Assembly: GCA_964016885.1 (NCBI GenBank)
Contig: OZ024751.1
Location: forward strand, 11,222,001 to 11,286,000
From: Eledone cirrhosa
Taxonomy: Eukaryota
Length of the DNA stretch: 64,000 bases
Direction: 5' to 3'
Positions 45,687-61,571 of the stretch are shown here, piece after piece (the first letter of the stretch is position 1; each line of letters begins with the position of its first letter). Under the pieces are notes generated by a model that was not told the DNA's origin, did no database searches, and saw only the letters and a list, made by a program, of their open reading frames with translations. The translations under genes were made by a program, and so were the position numbers.

Positions 45687-46349
45687 AATTTTAGTACAGC
45701 ATTAATGAAGCTTTAGGCTGCGGCTAAGCTAACGAATGCAGATTCAGAATGTAACTTTAGCACTCGATGGAGAATAATACCCCAGAGTTATAACAATACG
45801 TTTAGCCAGCTTTGCAAATCAAATAGAGCGACCGGCAGTCCAGCCGCATTGCCATAGCAACGAAAAAGACTGAACTCAGGGAAATATTTTTGCCTGAGCT
45901 GGACCATCGCGCGGAGATCGAATGCAACACATAACGCATATCGTATAGCATACAATATACATCACATATAGCATACAGCATCCACGCTAGGTTTCTGTAA
46001 ATCCGAGATCGACTAATTCCGCTTGCAGGGTCTGCAAATTAATGGCCTTTGACGACAGAAAAAAGGATTTACTTCGTCAACAAGTCTTGCGTTCTATAGC
46101 CTCAGCGTGTGTGTTCTAGCAGTAATTTCGCTATAGATTCGTGGTTTTCTCAAAGGGAGATAACCCCCGTTTTGGCGGTGATTTCGAAATTTGGGACAAA
46201 GGAATGAAATTCCCTTAGACAAACCGGATTAAGCACTCAACCACAAGTTATCAAACAAACAAACAATTAATCAATCAATAGAATTGTCTAATTAAATTAA
46301 TCAGTTAATCGTTAATTCTAGGAGTTAAAATACAAATTTTAGTACAGCA

Positions 46350-46350
<1 letters not shown>
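45682..46350. mobile_element. Unclassified ~670-bp insert with 21-bp terminal direct repeats, flanked by (TA)n
   Basis: atacaaattttagtacagcat at 45682-45702 and 46330-46350. Confidence 0.55.
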
Positions 46351-46406
<56 letters not shown>

Positions 46407-46723
46407 CTTTGATAGGTTTCGGTCAGTATTGGCCCAGGCTATGTCTAACTTAATAGCACCACACACACACACACATATATATATATGTATATATATGTTT
46501 GCGTGTATTTATATCTGTGTGGGTGTGTATGAGTTCGTGTGTGTTTATACGGTGTTCACTATAATTTTTTAAATTTAAACATTACTAAATATGGCGTCGA
46601 ATATCCACTATGAAAAACTCGTCTCGGGAATATTGTGCCAAAGTGAGAGAAGGAGAGAGTTAGAGAGAGAAGGAGAGAGACAGGGGGAGTGAGAATGTAG
46701 ACGTGTGGAAAAAGTGTCACTTG

Positions 46724-46808
<85 letters not shown>

Positions 46809-47099
46809 TATATACATACATATATATAAACACATATACATACATATATATATATAATATATATGTGTATATGTATGGATGTATGTATATGTATGTATAT
46901 ATGTATATGTACATACTTGTGTATATGTATATATATATGTATAAGTATATATGAGTATATATATGTATGTATATATGTGTATATATATATGTATGTAAAT
47001 ATGAGTATATATATGTATGTATATATGTATATATATATATGTGTATATATATGTATATACATATATATATATCTATATATATATATGTATATATATATG

Positions 47100-47130
<31 letters not shown>

Positions 47131-47159
47131 GTATATATATATATGTATATATATATATG

Positions 47160-47190
<31 letters not shown>

Positions 47191-47275
47191 GTGTATATAT
47201 ATATATGTATATATATATGTATATGTATATATATGTATATATATATATATGTGTATATATATGTATATATATATG

Positions 47276-47306
<31 letters not shown>

Positions 47307-47574
47307 GTGTATATATACATATATATGTATATATATATATGTATATGTATTTCCTACTCTCTCTCACACACACATATATATATGTTTATATACATAAATA
47401 CATGCATATACATAAACCGCAGTGGAATATGTCGGTCAACCACAGCAAATCTGTTACGTTAACATGGCCGCCATTAAACCGTACAACACATCATTCAGCA
47501 CAGAACAACACATCAAACCACATCTTACACCGCAAACTACACACATACACACAACTAACCACGAACACACACTT

Positions 47575-48018
47575 CACTATCACACCACAAACCACATACA
47601 CACACTCCACACTTCAAACTCACACCACAAACCACAGAAACGTACACACACACACACTCCACACTTCAAACTCACACCACAAACCACAGAAACGTACACA
47701 CACACACACGGCACACTCCATACTCACACCACAAACCACAGAAACGTACACACACACACTCCACACTTCATACTCACACCACAAACCACAGAAACGTACA
47801 CACACACACACTCCACACTTCATACTCACACCACAACCCACAGAAACGTACACATACACACACACACTCCACACACCATACTCACACCACAACCCACAGA
47901 AACGTACACACACACACACACTCTCCACACACCATACTCACACCACAACCCACAGAAACGTACACACACACACACACACACATTCCACACACCATACTCA
48001 CACCACAACCCACAGAAA

Positions 48019-48049
<31 letters not shown>

Positions 48050-48775
48050 TCCACACACCATACTCACACCACAACCCACAGAAACGTACACACACACACA
48101 GACACACTCCACACTCAAACCGCAGCTGGCACACTCATACACACCACTAACCACGAACACACTCTCCATACACACACTCTACACTTACACCACAAACCAC
48201 AGAAACGCACGCACACACACACACATAGTCCATACTCACACCACAAACCACAGAACCGCACACACACACACACACGCACACTCCTTACTCACACCACAAA
48301 CCACAGAAACGCACGAACACACACACACACAGTCCATACTGACACCACAAACCACAGAACCGCACACACACACACACACACACGCACAGTCCTTACTCAC
48401 ACCACAAACCACAGAAACGCACGCACACACACACACACGCACACAACCCATACTCACACCACAAACCACAGAAACGCACGCACACACACACACACACAGT
48501 CCATACTCACACCACAAACCACAGTACCGTACACACACACACACTCCACACCACACCACACCACAAACCACAGTACCGTACGCACACACTCCACACTCAC
48601 ACCACACCACATTAACGCACACACACACTCCACACTCACGCCACAAACCACAGTACCGTACGCAAACACTCCACACTCACACCACACCACATTAACGCAC
48701 ACACACACCTCACACTCACACCACAAACCACAGTACCGCACGCACACACTCCACACTCACACCACAAACCACATC
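47575..48775. repeat. ~45-60 bp minisatellite cacaccacaaaccacagaaacgta(ca)n
   Basis: Direct inspection. Confidence 0.93.
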
Positions 48776-49624
48776 TCATGAAGGCGTTGCTGCTCTTCTT
48801 CTCACTCACACTCGCTACTGTCCCACCGCCGTTAAAACCGAGACACAAATAAATAAATAAATAAAAGAAGGGGGAGACAACAGCGGATCTCAAGTATTAT
48901 CATTTGAATAACAGATGTTGTCGATAGAATCTAATTGAACAGACGATCGCTCAGGAACAGTGATGGAGACAGAGAGAGAAAGAGGGGGAGAGGGAGATAG
49001 GGGACTGGGGGAGAGTGAAGAAGAGAAAGAGATGGAGACGGGGGGAGAAAGAGACATATATAGAGAGTGACAAATGGAGAAATAGATAGACAGACAGTGA
49101 TGGGCCAAGAGAGGGAGTGAAAGAGACAGAGACAGTCTGAGAAGGGATAAGGAAGGGAAAGAAAGAGCTAAAGACATAGAGAGAAAGAGACAGACAGAGA
49201 AGGGCCGAGAGAGAGAAATAAAGAGCCAAAGACAGAGAGTGACAGAGGGAGAGAGAGAAAGAGACATATATAGAGAGTGACAGAGGGAGAGAGAGAGATA
49301 TATAGAGACAGACCGAGATGGGCTGAGGGAGAGAAAGACAGAGCCAAAGACAGAGAGTGACAGAGGGACAGAGAGAGATAGATAGAGACAGACCGAGATG
49401 GGCTGAGGGAGAGAAAGACAGAGCCAAAGACAGAGAGTGACAGAGGGAGAGAGATAGATAGATAGAGAGAGACTGAGAGAGAAAGAGAGTGATAGAAGAA
49501 GAGACAACTCTATATAAAGCAATAAACACCAAATAGTCTTATAGTTAAAAAGTATAAAGATATCAAAACAAACCAAACGGAAAAAAACAGGCACCACACA
49601 CATGCATGGATAAATGCATGAAAG

Positions 49625-49625
49625 A

Positions 49626-49702
<77 letters not shown>

Positions 49703-49738
49703 CATCGTTAACACCATCACCACAACTACTAGTAATGT

Positions 49739-49789
<51 letters not shown>

Positions 49790-49807
49790 CACCACTACAA
49801 ATAATGT

Positions 49808-49849
<42 letters not shown>

Positions 49850-49866
49850 CACTACTACCACCACCG

Positions 49867-49914
<48 letters not shown>

Positions 49915-49915
49915 A
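49625..49915. repeat. (CTA)n/(CTG)n/(CCA)n
   Basis: Direct inspection. Confidence 0.95.
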
Positions 49916-49998
49916 TCTATTGGTGACAAGGGTCTCCAGAATGTAAAGGAACAATAACAAAAACAAAATTGTGCTCGTGTATCTTTTAGTGTTAGTCC

Positions 49999-50056
<58 letters not shown>

Positions 50057-50159
50057 TGGACTATCCTGTCTAATCCCGTGTGTGTATGTGCGTTTGTGCA
50101 TGTATCTGTTTGTGGGGTGGACTATTATGCATAATTATGTGTGTGTCTCTATGTGTGAG

Positions 50160-50900
50160 TTTGTGCATGTATTGTTCTGTATGTACATGTGCATGTATTG
50201 TTTTGTATGTGCATGTGCATGTATTGTTTTGTATGTGTATGTATGTGTATGTGCATGTATTGTTTTGTATGTGCATGTATTGTTTTGTATGTGTGTGTAT
50301 GTATTGTTTTGTATGTGTATGTGCATGTATTGTTTTGTATGTGTATGTGCATGTATTGTTTTGTATGTACATGTGCATGTATTGTTTTGTATGTGCATGT
50401 GCATGTATTGTTTTGTATGTGCATGTGCATGTATTGTTTTGTATGTGCATGTGCATGTATTGTTTTGTATGTATGTGTATGTGTATGTGCATGTATTGTT
50501 TTGTATGTGTATGTGCATGTATTATTTTGTATGTGTGTGTATGTATTGTTTTGTATGTGTGTGTATGTACTGTTTTGTATGTGTGCGCCTGTATTATTTT
50601 GTATGTGTGTGTATGTATTTGTTTTATATGTGTGCGTATGTGCATGTATTTGTTTGTATGTGTATGTGCATTTATTGTTTTGTATTTGTGTGTATGTATT
50701 TGTTTTGTATGTGTATGTGCATGTTTTGTTTTGTATGTATGTGTATGTATTGTTTTGTATGTGTATGTGCATGCATTTGTTTGTATGTGTATGTATTTGT
50801 TTAGTATGTGTGTGTATGTGCCTGTATTGTTTTGTATGTGTGTGTATGTATTTGTTTTATATGTGTGTGTATGTGCATGTATTTGTTTGTATATGTGTGT
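50160..50900. repeat. ~22-28 bp minisatellite gtgcatgtattgttttgtatgt
   Basis: Direct inspection. Confidence 0.93.
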
Positions 50901-51292
50901 GTGGTGAACCATTATACATATTTTTGGGACAATGCAACGCCACATGGTCAAGAGGCTTGCCTCCAATTCTAGCGTATGTAATATTGGGCAAGTGTCTTTT
51001 ACCTCAGCCTGGCGTTGAGCCACGCATTGTCAATGAAATTGGGACAGAATCTTCATGAAAGACCGTCGGACGTATTATAAGGCCAGCCTTGTCATAGGCC
51101 AGCTATGTAAAACACTGTCTTGCCGAATGTCACTGAGAAATACTATAATACGTCTGTGTGGAATTGTCAGCTACGTGAATATGTTATATCAGGATCGAAT
51201 TCCTATGACGTCCATCGTCCAAACTGAGGGGTGTCCGATACAAAGCGAAGAAATTGGAGTCGAATAAAATTCTTTATAGTGATAATAATATT

Positions 51293-51640
51293 AGTTTCTG
51301 ATTTAGGCACAAAGCCCCCCCAACTTTTTTTTTTGGGGGGGGGGGGTGAATTAATTCGACCTCAGTGCATTACTGGTGATTTGCTATCGACACCGTAAGG
51401 ATGAAAGGCAAAGTTAACCTCGGTGGAGTTTGAACTCAGACCGTAAAAGCCCATAGCTCTATGCTACAAAGCATGTTGTCCAACGCTCTACCTATACTGC
51501 CAATCCACCGATTGATAATGATAATAATAATTGTTTCTACTTTTTGGCACAAGGCCAGCAATTATTCCAGTGTATTACTGGTACTTTATTTTATCGACTC
51601 CGTAAGGATGAAAGGCAAAGTTAACCTCGGCGGGATTTAA
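51293..51640 (-). mobile_element. Two tandem SINE copies
   Basis: Same family motifs as 44941-45135. Confidence 0.88.
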
Positions 51641-52049
51641 TAATAATGATTTGTATTGCTTCAAGGGTAAAGGATCGACGGAATCATTACAAGGAGAAAC
51701 ATTTTTAAAAGATAATGTCCATAATTGTATGACTTTTATTAGCCACAAGGGTAATCGATGTTTATAACTGTAAAAGGACGAAATAATAATAAAAATCCAA
51801 TAGTGGGTGGGGTTAGAATTACTTAAAGGAAAATTCCTAATAATCCCAATGTATTGGAAAAAGCCGCTACAGTGAGTTTAGGAAATATAATTGTGGAAGA
51901 AGAGTAAAGTAAGAATGACAACACTTTAGTTCTTACATCATATTTCATAATATTTCGAGGTTAGAACTTCTTTATCAAAGTCTTGTTCTTGAGTAATAAT
52001 AATATTAGTAATCAAAAAAGTAATATTGAATAAATAAATAAATAAATAA

Positions 52050-52120
<71 letters not shown>

Positions 52121-52449
52121 CATAAAAAAGCAAAACCATAAAGATGTAAAATGTTTAGTTAAAGATACAAAAAAAAAAAAAAAATGATAGAAAAAATATT
52201 CTGGACAGCCATTACTGTTTGATTCGTCTGCAAACGATTTGTTGGCGATTTTAATTGTTCGTCACATCTTTTGATAGTGTGGCGATGTTCATTCATTGGA
52301 GTGGTTTTAAACAACAGTTCCGCTTTGTTCCAACGTCCTGTATAGATTATCTTACATAGAATAGAGGGAGAAGAAATCAAAGGAGATGACTGGGTGAGGG
52401 GTGGTGTATATGCTAAACAGTGATATAGACACACATCTACACACACACG

Positions 52450-52533
<84 letters not shown>

Positions 52534-53070
52534 TATATATATATGTATATACATATATATACATACATATTTATATATATATATACGCGCGCAAAATTGG
52601 CGACACAGATCTACACATCTACACATATATGCAACCAAGAACATACGCACACACACACACTCACACACACACTTACACACACACATATATATTTATATAT
52701 ATACACACACACACACACTGGCAAAAGCGGGGGGCAAATGCATAGACACACACTTCAGATACACACACACCACACGTATATTACATGCATAAATGAATAA
52801 CCACCACTTCCCACTTCTGTGCACGTCTCGTTAGGTGTATTTAAATAAAGTATTACATACAAACAAACATAGAGACAAAATATTACGAGGCGCCCCATTG
52901 CAAATTATAAACACGCACACACATATATACAAACACATACATCCACCCGCACACACGCTCACACACTCAAATGCACACATACGAATTAGATAATATATGT
53001 GTGTGAGTGTTCATATATGCTTAGGTTTAATTTTATTCACCCCTATACAAGTGTACACGCATGGACAAAA

Positions 53071-53152
<82 letters not shown>

Positions 53153-53182
53153 GCATTTAATATATATGCATATATATATATA

Positions 53183-53222
<40 letters not shown>

Positions 53223-53314
53223 TTTATATATATATATATATATATATATATGCATTTATATATATATATATATATATATATATGCATTTATATATATGCA
53301 TATATATATATATA

Positions 53315-53358
<44 letters not shown>

Positions 53359-53411
53359 TATATTCATATATATTAATATATATATATTCATATATATATA
53401 TATATATATGC

Positions 53412-53444
<33 letters not shown>

Positions 53445-53708
53445 TATATTCATATATATTCATATATATATATTCATATATATTCATATATATATATATA
53501 TATTCATATATATTCATGTATATATATATGTTCATATATATATTCATATATATATATATATGTATACATATATATACATATATATTGAAATTATATATAC
53601 ATATACACATATATATATGTATATATAAAGACACACACATAGACACACACACACGTATATATATATATACATATATATAAATGAGGAAACACACGAACAC
53701 ACACACAC

Positions 53709-53748
<40 letters not shown>

Positions 53749-54030
53749 TATACACGCAAATTTCTTAGCAACGCACGATTTTACGCATCAGTAAATACTA
53801 ACAAATTTTTTCAATAATTAAACTCTCAGCCTAAGAAATGTACGTTGCGTGCTTGTGACAGCGCAGCCACGCATGAAGCTTGGCGTGTGCATATATAGAT
53901 ACATGCAAACATATACACACATACATACAGGCCATACAAACATGCGTATATAGATACAAACATATATAGATATATCCATATATGTATACAAACATCTATA
54001 GATAGATATTTATATATAAAGACACACACT

Positions 54031-54096
<66 letters not shown>

Positions 54097-54306
54097 TACA
54101 TACGTACATAAACATATTCATACATATATATATATACATACATGCATGCACACATATATAGGTACATACATATATACATGCATATAAAGATTGAGACACA
54201 CACACACACACACACATATATATATTTATATATATTTACATATATACATACATACAAAAATACAAATATACATATGTATGCACATATGCATATATTCCTA
54301 CATCCG

Positions 54307-54353
<47 letters not shown>

Positions 54354-54456
54354 AATGTAATCTGACCAAATTTTCTTTCATATATATATATATATACATA
54401 TTACATCATGGTTAACATTGCAGAATGACCAATTCTACCCAGTGGTAAACCACCAA

Positions 54457-54496
<40 letters not shown>

Positions 54497-54499
54497 TTT

Positions 54500-55103
54500 A
54501 TGTTAGGTCACCAGTTGGTGCTACTGGTAACATGTATCCCAGTACAACCTGTCTCATGGTCGGGTCGTTGGCGACTAAACTGGCAACCCCACCAAGGTTT
54601 CTTGGTGAGGAGGATGACTTTGGACATCCTGCAGGACTAAAAACAAAACCTGTCAAAGGGCAAATGAGCTCTTAAGAGTCAATGGCCATCCAAAATCACC
54701 GGGAGAGATGACTCCTTAGCCTTTGTCAAGGCAGAATTCTAGGAGAAGGAAAACTCTGATATAACACCTGCAACCCTGATGGTATCCAATGATGTTGACT
54801 TCTTTTTGGTAAATATCATCTTGGTTAAGAGAGTGGGACTGGCTTTGTGCAGTGCCTTTGCTCAGTATAAAAGCATCACGGCACAGGCATTGCTTTATAT
54901 CTGGAGATCTCTCTGCACTTGTCGTCACATGGTACCATGGGCCCAGCACTATGTGTCAATAATTGTCACAAGTGTAGTGTTTGTACCAGAGTTTTCAAGT
55001 CGCTGGCTGGACTAAAAGTTCACACTCGTTCAGCGCATCGGTAGGGGATTTCCTACATGTATATAAAGTAGTGGCCGTACTCGAAAACGAGTTGGCCGCC
55101 ACC
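54500..55103 (+). mobile_element. ~600-bp internally deleted RTE derivative
   Basis: RTE-like 5'UTR (gcgactaa; ggagaaggaaaactctgat) fused to a C-terminal C2H2 finger CSVCTRVFKSLAGLKVHTRSAHR* (ends 55044) and a 3' hairpin. (TA)n on both sides. Confidence 0.8.
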
Positions 55104-55334
55104 ATATATATATATATAAAATTAGAATTGGTGCTCTGAAATAGCGATATATATATGAATGTATATATACTGTATTTTGCAATACACTGTATGCTTAATT
55201 AAAAGCATTTCGAAGACCTTACGCTATTGCTTTTGAGTAGTAACAGTCTCACTTACTTCAATTTTCATCAAACAGAGGATATAAAGCTGACAGTGTTCTG
55301 TTTGAATTGAGACTGTCACTACTCTAAAATAAGT

Positions 55335-55522
55335 GATTAACTTTTCCTTTATCCTTACGGGATCGATAAAATAAAGTACCAATAATGTACTGGAGTCGAT
55401 TTAATCGAGTTTCTCCAGCCCCCAAAATTACTGGTCTTGTGCCTTACGGGGTCGATAAAAATAAAGTACCAGTAATACACTGTATAATTGCTGGCCTTGT
55501 GCCAATAGTAGAAACGATTATT
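55335..55522 (+). mobile_element. Two partial SINE 3' halves (another at 55920-55990)
   Basis: ccttacggggtcgataaaataaagtacc motifs. Confidence 0.8.
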
Positions 55523-55585
55523 ATAATGTATGTATGTATATATATACGTATATGTGTATGAATGTGTGTGTATATATATATATAT

Positions 55586-55760
55586 TAGAAAGTGAGGTTT
55601 TTTTACAAAATAAAAAATAACCGGTGTCCTACACGAGTGAAAGTTAAGGAAAAAAGATGAAATCGAAAATGCAACTGGAGTCTTATTTAAAAAATTATAT
55701 ATATATTTAAAAAAAAATAAGACTCCAGTTGCATTTTCGATTACATCTTTTTCCCTTATA
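55586..55760. mobile_element. Family G tail fold-back hinged on (TA)n
   Basis: Arms at about 55645-55688 and 55716-55758. Matches 44265-44370. Confidence 0.82.
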
Positions 55761-56055
55761 TATATATATATATTTGTTCAATTTGTCCTCCACCTACCCC
55801 CCACTCTCCTGAGCGTGAATCTAATAAACATTTGTCGTACTGCCTCTCTGTTCTGTCCCTGTTCAATTTTTTTATTATATATATATATATATATATAAAT
55901 ATATATATATATACAATTGTTTCATCCCTTCGAGGTCGATAAAATAAAGTACCAGTAATACACTGGGCTTGTGCCGAAAGTAGGAACTATTATATATATA
56001 TGTGTGTGTGTGTGTGTATAAAGATATATGCATATATCTTTATGTATATATATAC

Positions 56056-56151
<96 letters not shown>

Positions 56152-56248
56152 GTGTGTGTGTGTATAAAGATACATATATGCATATATCTTTATATATATA
56201 TATACATTCATACACATACACATACATACATACATACTTATACATGTG

Positions 56249-56286
<38 letters not shown>

Positions 56287-56387
56287 TGTGTGTGTGTTTA
56301 TATATAGAATAAATAATTAGTGCCCGACGGATGAGCTCGTGCTGTTTCCTAACAATACATACATTCTACTTTCCTGAGTATTGCGTT

Positions 56388-56429
<42 letters not shown>

Positions 56430-57207
56430 ACACACATACACACACGTATATATATTACGTATATATTACGTATATTTGAAGTGGGCGAATACTAGTACAC
56501 GCATGTCCATATGTCTCTGTGCATGTAAGCGTAGATATATATGTAAATATATGTATGTGTAGATATATATGTAAATATATGTATGTGTGTATATATATAT
56601 ATTCATACGCATGTAATCCTGTTCACGAAACGGAAGCAGGTGATTTTTCTTGTGGATGTATTCACAGACACGTGTATATGGGTGTGCATATTTTAAAGTA
56701 GTTGAAGTCCTTACAAGAACCATAATAAATGGAGGACGCCAAATGATTCTTTTGTTATAACGGACATTGTTGCAGATTGAACCATGGATTGAGTAATAGG
56801 CTTCTTATGCTGATCGTGTTGCTATGGGTACAGTGGTTGCTGTGGTTACTGTGGTTAATGTGGTCATTGTGGTTTCCTTTGATAAAAACACCAAACCTAC
56901 GATCCGCTCCTTCATCCTGTTCCACAAATAAAAACTTTCTCTCGCCGTATGTCTCGCTTCTGTTAACGTCAGGTTTTGATACTAAATTAATGAAACAATG
57001 AGGAAGACGGGCATCATGCGTTCTTTCAATCTACCAAAAATAGTAGCCAAATGTCACTCAACATACAATCTGTCGCCGTCTACGATGAGACAGACATATC
57101 GTCCAACCTGGGTTGAGATTATACTTCTAAACAATAGAGATGATGTTTACAGTAGGGACCTCTTTCGTTAGAGGTCTTCTCAGACCTTGCTGAATTGGGA
57201 CTAAAGT

Positions 57208-57815
57208 ATTGCTAATCCACCGCCCTTAAAATAATTGTTTCTACTTTTGGCACAAGGCCAGCCATAATGGCAGTGTATTACTGGTATTTTATTTTATCGA
57301 GCCCGTCAGGATGACAGCCAAAGTTAACATCGGTGGGATTTGAACTCAGACCGTAAAGGGACGTAACTATATGGTACAAAGCATGGCGTCCCACCCTCTA
57401 CCGATACTGCCAATTCACCGCTCTTAAAATAATTGTTTCTACTTTAGGCACAAGGCCAGCAATTTTCCAGTGCATTACTGGTACTTTATTTTATCGACCC
57501 CGTAAGGATGAAAGGCAAAGTCAACCTCGGCGGGATTTGAACTCAGATCGTAAAGGGACGTAACTATGCTGGAAAGCATGGCGTCCGACCCTCTACCGAT
57601 ACTGCCAATCCACCGCTCTTAAAATAATGGCTTCTGATTTAGGTACGAGAGCAACAATTTTGGGCGAGTGAGGGAAAGTCGATTAAATGGACGCCTGAGC
57701 GTTACTGGTTCGTTATTTTATAAAACTCGACCCCGTAAGGATGTGAGCCAAAGCTACCTTCGGGGGGGGGGGGGCGATTTAAACTCAGAATGAACAGAGC
57801 CGGAACAAATACTGC
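57208..57815 (-). mobile_element. Tandem SINE array, ~197-bp period
   Basis: Junction caccgc(c/t)cttaaaataat recurs at about 57218, 57416 and 57611. Confidence 0.9.
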
Positions 57816-58092
57816 TTTTTATTCAAAGCCATGACAATTTTACCAATCAGCCTACATTCATGATATACAATAACCCGTGTGAACAAGACTGAATATATTG
57901 TTTATGTTGTTGTTATTGTTGTTGTTGATACTGTGTTGACTATTGTTGTGGTCTATTATAAGGTATTGTTGGGGTTGATAATGGCGGATTAAACAGACTG
58001 CACTGTACACACGGTAGGGACTTGTAGAAATACAGCTCGTTAGTTGAGATTAGCAGGTTATAAATATGTGTTTGTATGTATGTATATGCATT

Positions 58093-58397
<305 letters not shown>

Positions 58398-58403
58398 GTA
58401 TGT

Positions 58404-58444
<41 letters not shown>

Positions 58445-58453
58445 TATGTATGC

Positions 58454-58530
<77 letters not shown>

Positions 58531-58698
58531 TGTATGTATATATATATGCATATATATATATACACACGTATACGCATATATATACACACAAATACGTATA
58601 TATATATATATTTATATATATATATATACGTACATATTTATACACACATATACGTTTATATATATATACACATATATTTATACACACATATACGTATG

Positions 58699-58752
<54 letters not shown>

Positions 58753-59569
58753 TAACAGTGTGTGCGGTAGGTGTATGGTATTAAAAATGTAAGAACAAAA
58801 TCTATATCTGACTGACCCTCCTCTCCTCCTACTTCGTCCCTCAAGGGTTTTGCCAGGGAGCAGAAGAAAAAGGGAAAGAAAAAAAGAAAAAGAAATAATC
58901 GAAGGTAGCTGTGAGTGGGGTTTAGAGGTTCTGTGACACATGGCCTTATTACAACCACCTACACACGTGTGGGAACAATTAGTTGTATTGTAACGGTTGA
59001 AAGAGAACATGACTGTATAAAATCAGCGAGGGAGCGAACACGTGATACGTCCTTTGTTTTATCGACGTGTTTCGTAAGGATCAGCCTGTTCAAATGGTAA
59101 ATTTGACTTTTTGTATTGATGGGAATCTATTTTATTATTTGTTAGTCCCATTTTCTATTTCTATTGGTTACGGGCGAAGTAGTCAAAGAAATGGTTGACA
59201 TGTTTGACTGGACGGATTATATGAGATCAAATCCTTTGTTTTCGGACAATTCTTTACTTTTCTATGGCCAGGACCTCACTGTGTTTATAGTTTTATATTT
59301 ATTTTTATTTCATTTTTCTTTCTATTTTTGCTTATTTTATTTTATTTGCTTTGCCTTATACATCTCTTATAATTTTCTGAATAGATTAATTAGTGTTAAC
59401 ATATATACTCTGTTAAACATATTAATACATTATAATGTCAATACTCTCTATGATGATTCAAGCTAAAATGTACATCACAACGTGGTTTCTTTGGCTGTTA
59501 GAAATAGCAGCCAGGTTTTTCTCAATTTATATTCTGTAATCTTATCATATTAACACATTATACAGACAC

Positions 59570-59718
59570 GCTTTCCAGCGTAGTTACGTCCCTTTACGAT
59601 CTGAGTTCAAATCCTGCCGAGGTTAACTTTGCCTTTCATCCTTACGGGGTCGATAAAATAAAGTACCAATAATGTACTGGGTAATTGCTGGCCTTGTGCC
59701 AAAAGTAGAAACAATTAT
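59570..59718 (+). mobile_element. 5'-truncated SINE
   Basis: B box and body are intact. Confidence 0.9.
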
Positions 59719-60703
59719 ATGTAAACGTAAATCTGGGAAGGTGAACCATGCAGACCCGTCTGTTTGTATCTTATATGAAAACACATGTTAAATACCAGTT
59801 AACTTTAAAGTAGACTTGATCAAGCTGACATGTGAACAAACGTCATCTAACGCTGGCTATTCTATATTTAGTGGACGCATATTTTGTCAGTCTGAACCGA
59901 CATGGTAATTACCTTAAGCGTCTATGCGTCTGTGGAATACTCAGCCACTTGTACGTTAATTTGCGAACTGGAAGTTTAGTTGATCGAAAATTGAATGCAC
60001 ATCGTCGAAATTGACGGAGGATGAGCCATTTCATATTTTCGTCTTTCTAGAATTGTACATTTGATTGCGTCCAATTTTTTAAAAGAGTTTTTAGAACCTT
60101 AAGGGAAAATTTGCAATTATTTTATAACAAGGATGCTGTACAATCACTAAGTGACTACGTGGTGTAACATGAGAAGTGGGGGAATTCATGCATTTCCAAA
60201 AGTAATTAGGAAGTAAAGACAAGTAAAATGACTGCCAATAAGAATATGAACATTTATACTAAGCTACTGAGAGCAATAAATCAGCTATTGGCTATAGTTA
60301 CACTCATGTACCCACAATAACTGCCATCTTATAATTTCTATATAACATTTTCAACGCAGTAATTTTACAAAATGGCTCTAGTGTTCTCGGAAGACTGTAA
60401 TTTTAGTGCTTTAGTCAAACGTTTGTCTGTTTTATTCCTAGTAATATTGGAACTTATGTCGGTAACACAATACGCTTAAAATATTTCATATTTGTTCTAA
60501 CGGTCAAACTGACTCATCGCTGGGTCTATCGATATATCTTTCTTTATCTCTTCCCTCATCAACATATCTCTGTCAGATCTCTTACTATTTCTCTCATCTA
60601 TTTCGTATATTGATATCTAGGCTTCCCTCTCAAATCTCTTTCTCTCTCTCTCACTCTGTTTCTCTCTCCCTCTCTCTCTCTCTCTCTCCAAACATACACA
60701 TAC

Positions 60704-60777
<74 letters not shown>

Positions 60778-60899
60778 GGGTGTGTATGTGTATGGAAGGA
60801 GAAAGAAATTTGTGAGAAAAGCATAGATATCAATATATATATATATATACACACAAACTTATATTTGAATGAATACATTCATGCACGTATATATATCTA

Positions 60900-60970
<71 letters not shown>

Positions 60971-60973
<3 letters not shown>

Positions 60974-61112
60974 TGTACGTAGTACGGTGAAATACTGGTG
61001 TTGATACCAAATCAAGCACTCAATGCATAGGCAAAGTGTATATACTAGAAAAAACGAGGCTGTTTCGTTTACATTTTTACATGCAAACGAAACTCCCTCG
61101 TTTTTTCTATTA
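60971..61112. mobile_element. Small fold-back element with tail motif
   Basis: Arms at 61047-61074 and 61081-61109 containing CGAAAC. GCACTC at 61016. (TA)n on both sides. Confidence 0.7.
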
Positions 61113-61156
61113 TATATATACATATATATATATATGTATATATATGTATATATGTA

Positions 61157-61251
<95 letters not shown>

Positions 61252-61252
61252 A

Positions 61253-61291
<39 letters not shown>

Positions 61292-61571
61292 GGAAAGTTA
61301 TATTTAAAATTGTTGGGTTACAACTAGTAAATATTTATAACTGATATAAAAGCACTCGACAAATATTTGGAGTATATTTACAATATTAAATAAATGGAAA
61401 CTATATTTATAAAACCATATTTATTTCATCATATATATTTCGGGGATATCATATTAACAATATGTATTTTGTCTGAGGAAGGCATAGCATATTGTTAATA
61501 TGATATCCCCGAAATATATATAATGAAATAAATATGGTTTTATAAATATAGTTTCCATTTATTTAACATTG

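Noticed and set aside
48778-48852. Signal-peptide-like s[27 protein letters not shown]
   Set aside because: Only 24 codons, with no donor site or other support, so compatible with chance.
56777-57001. ORF with WLLWLL repeats
   Set aside because: Arises from a short 9-bp tgtggtt repeat, with no homology evidence.
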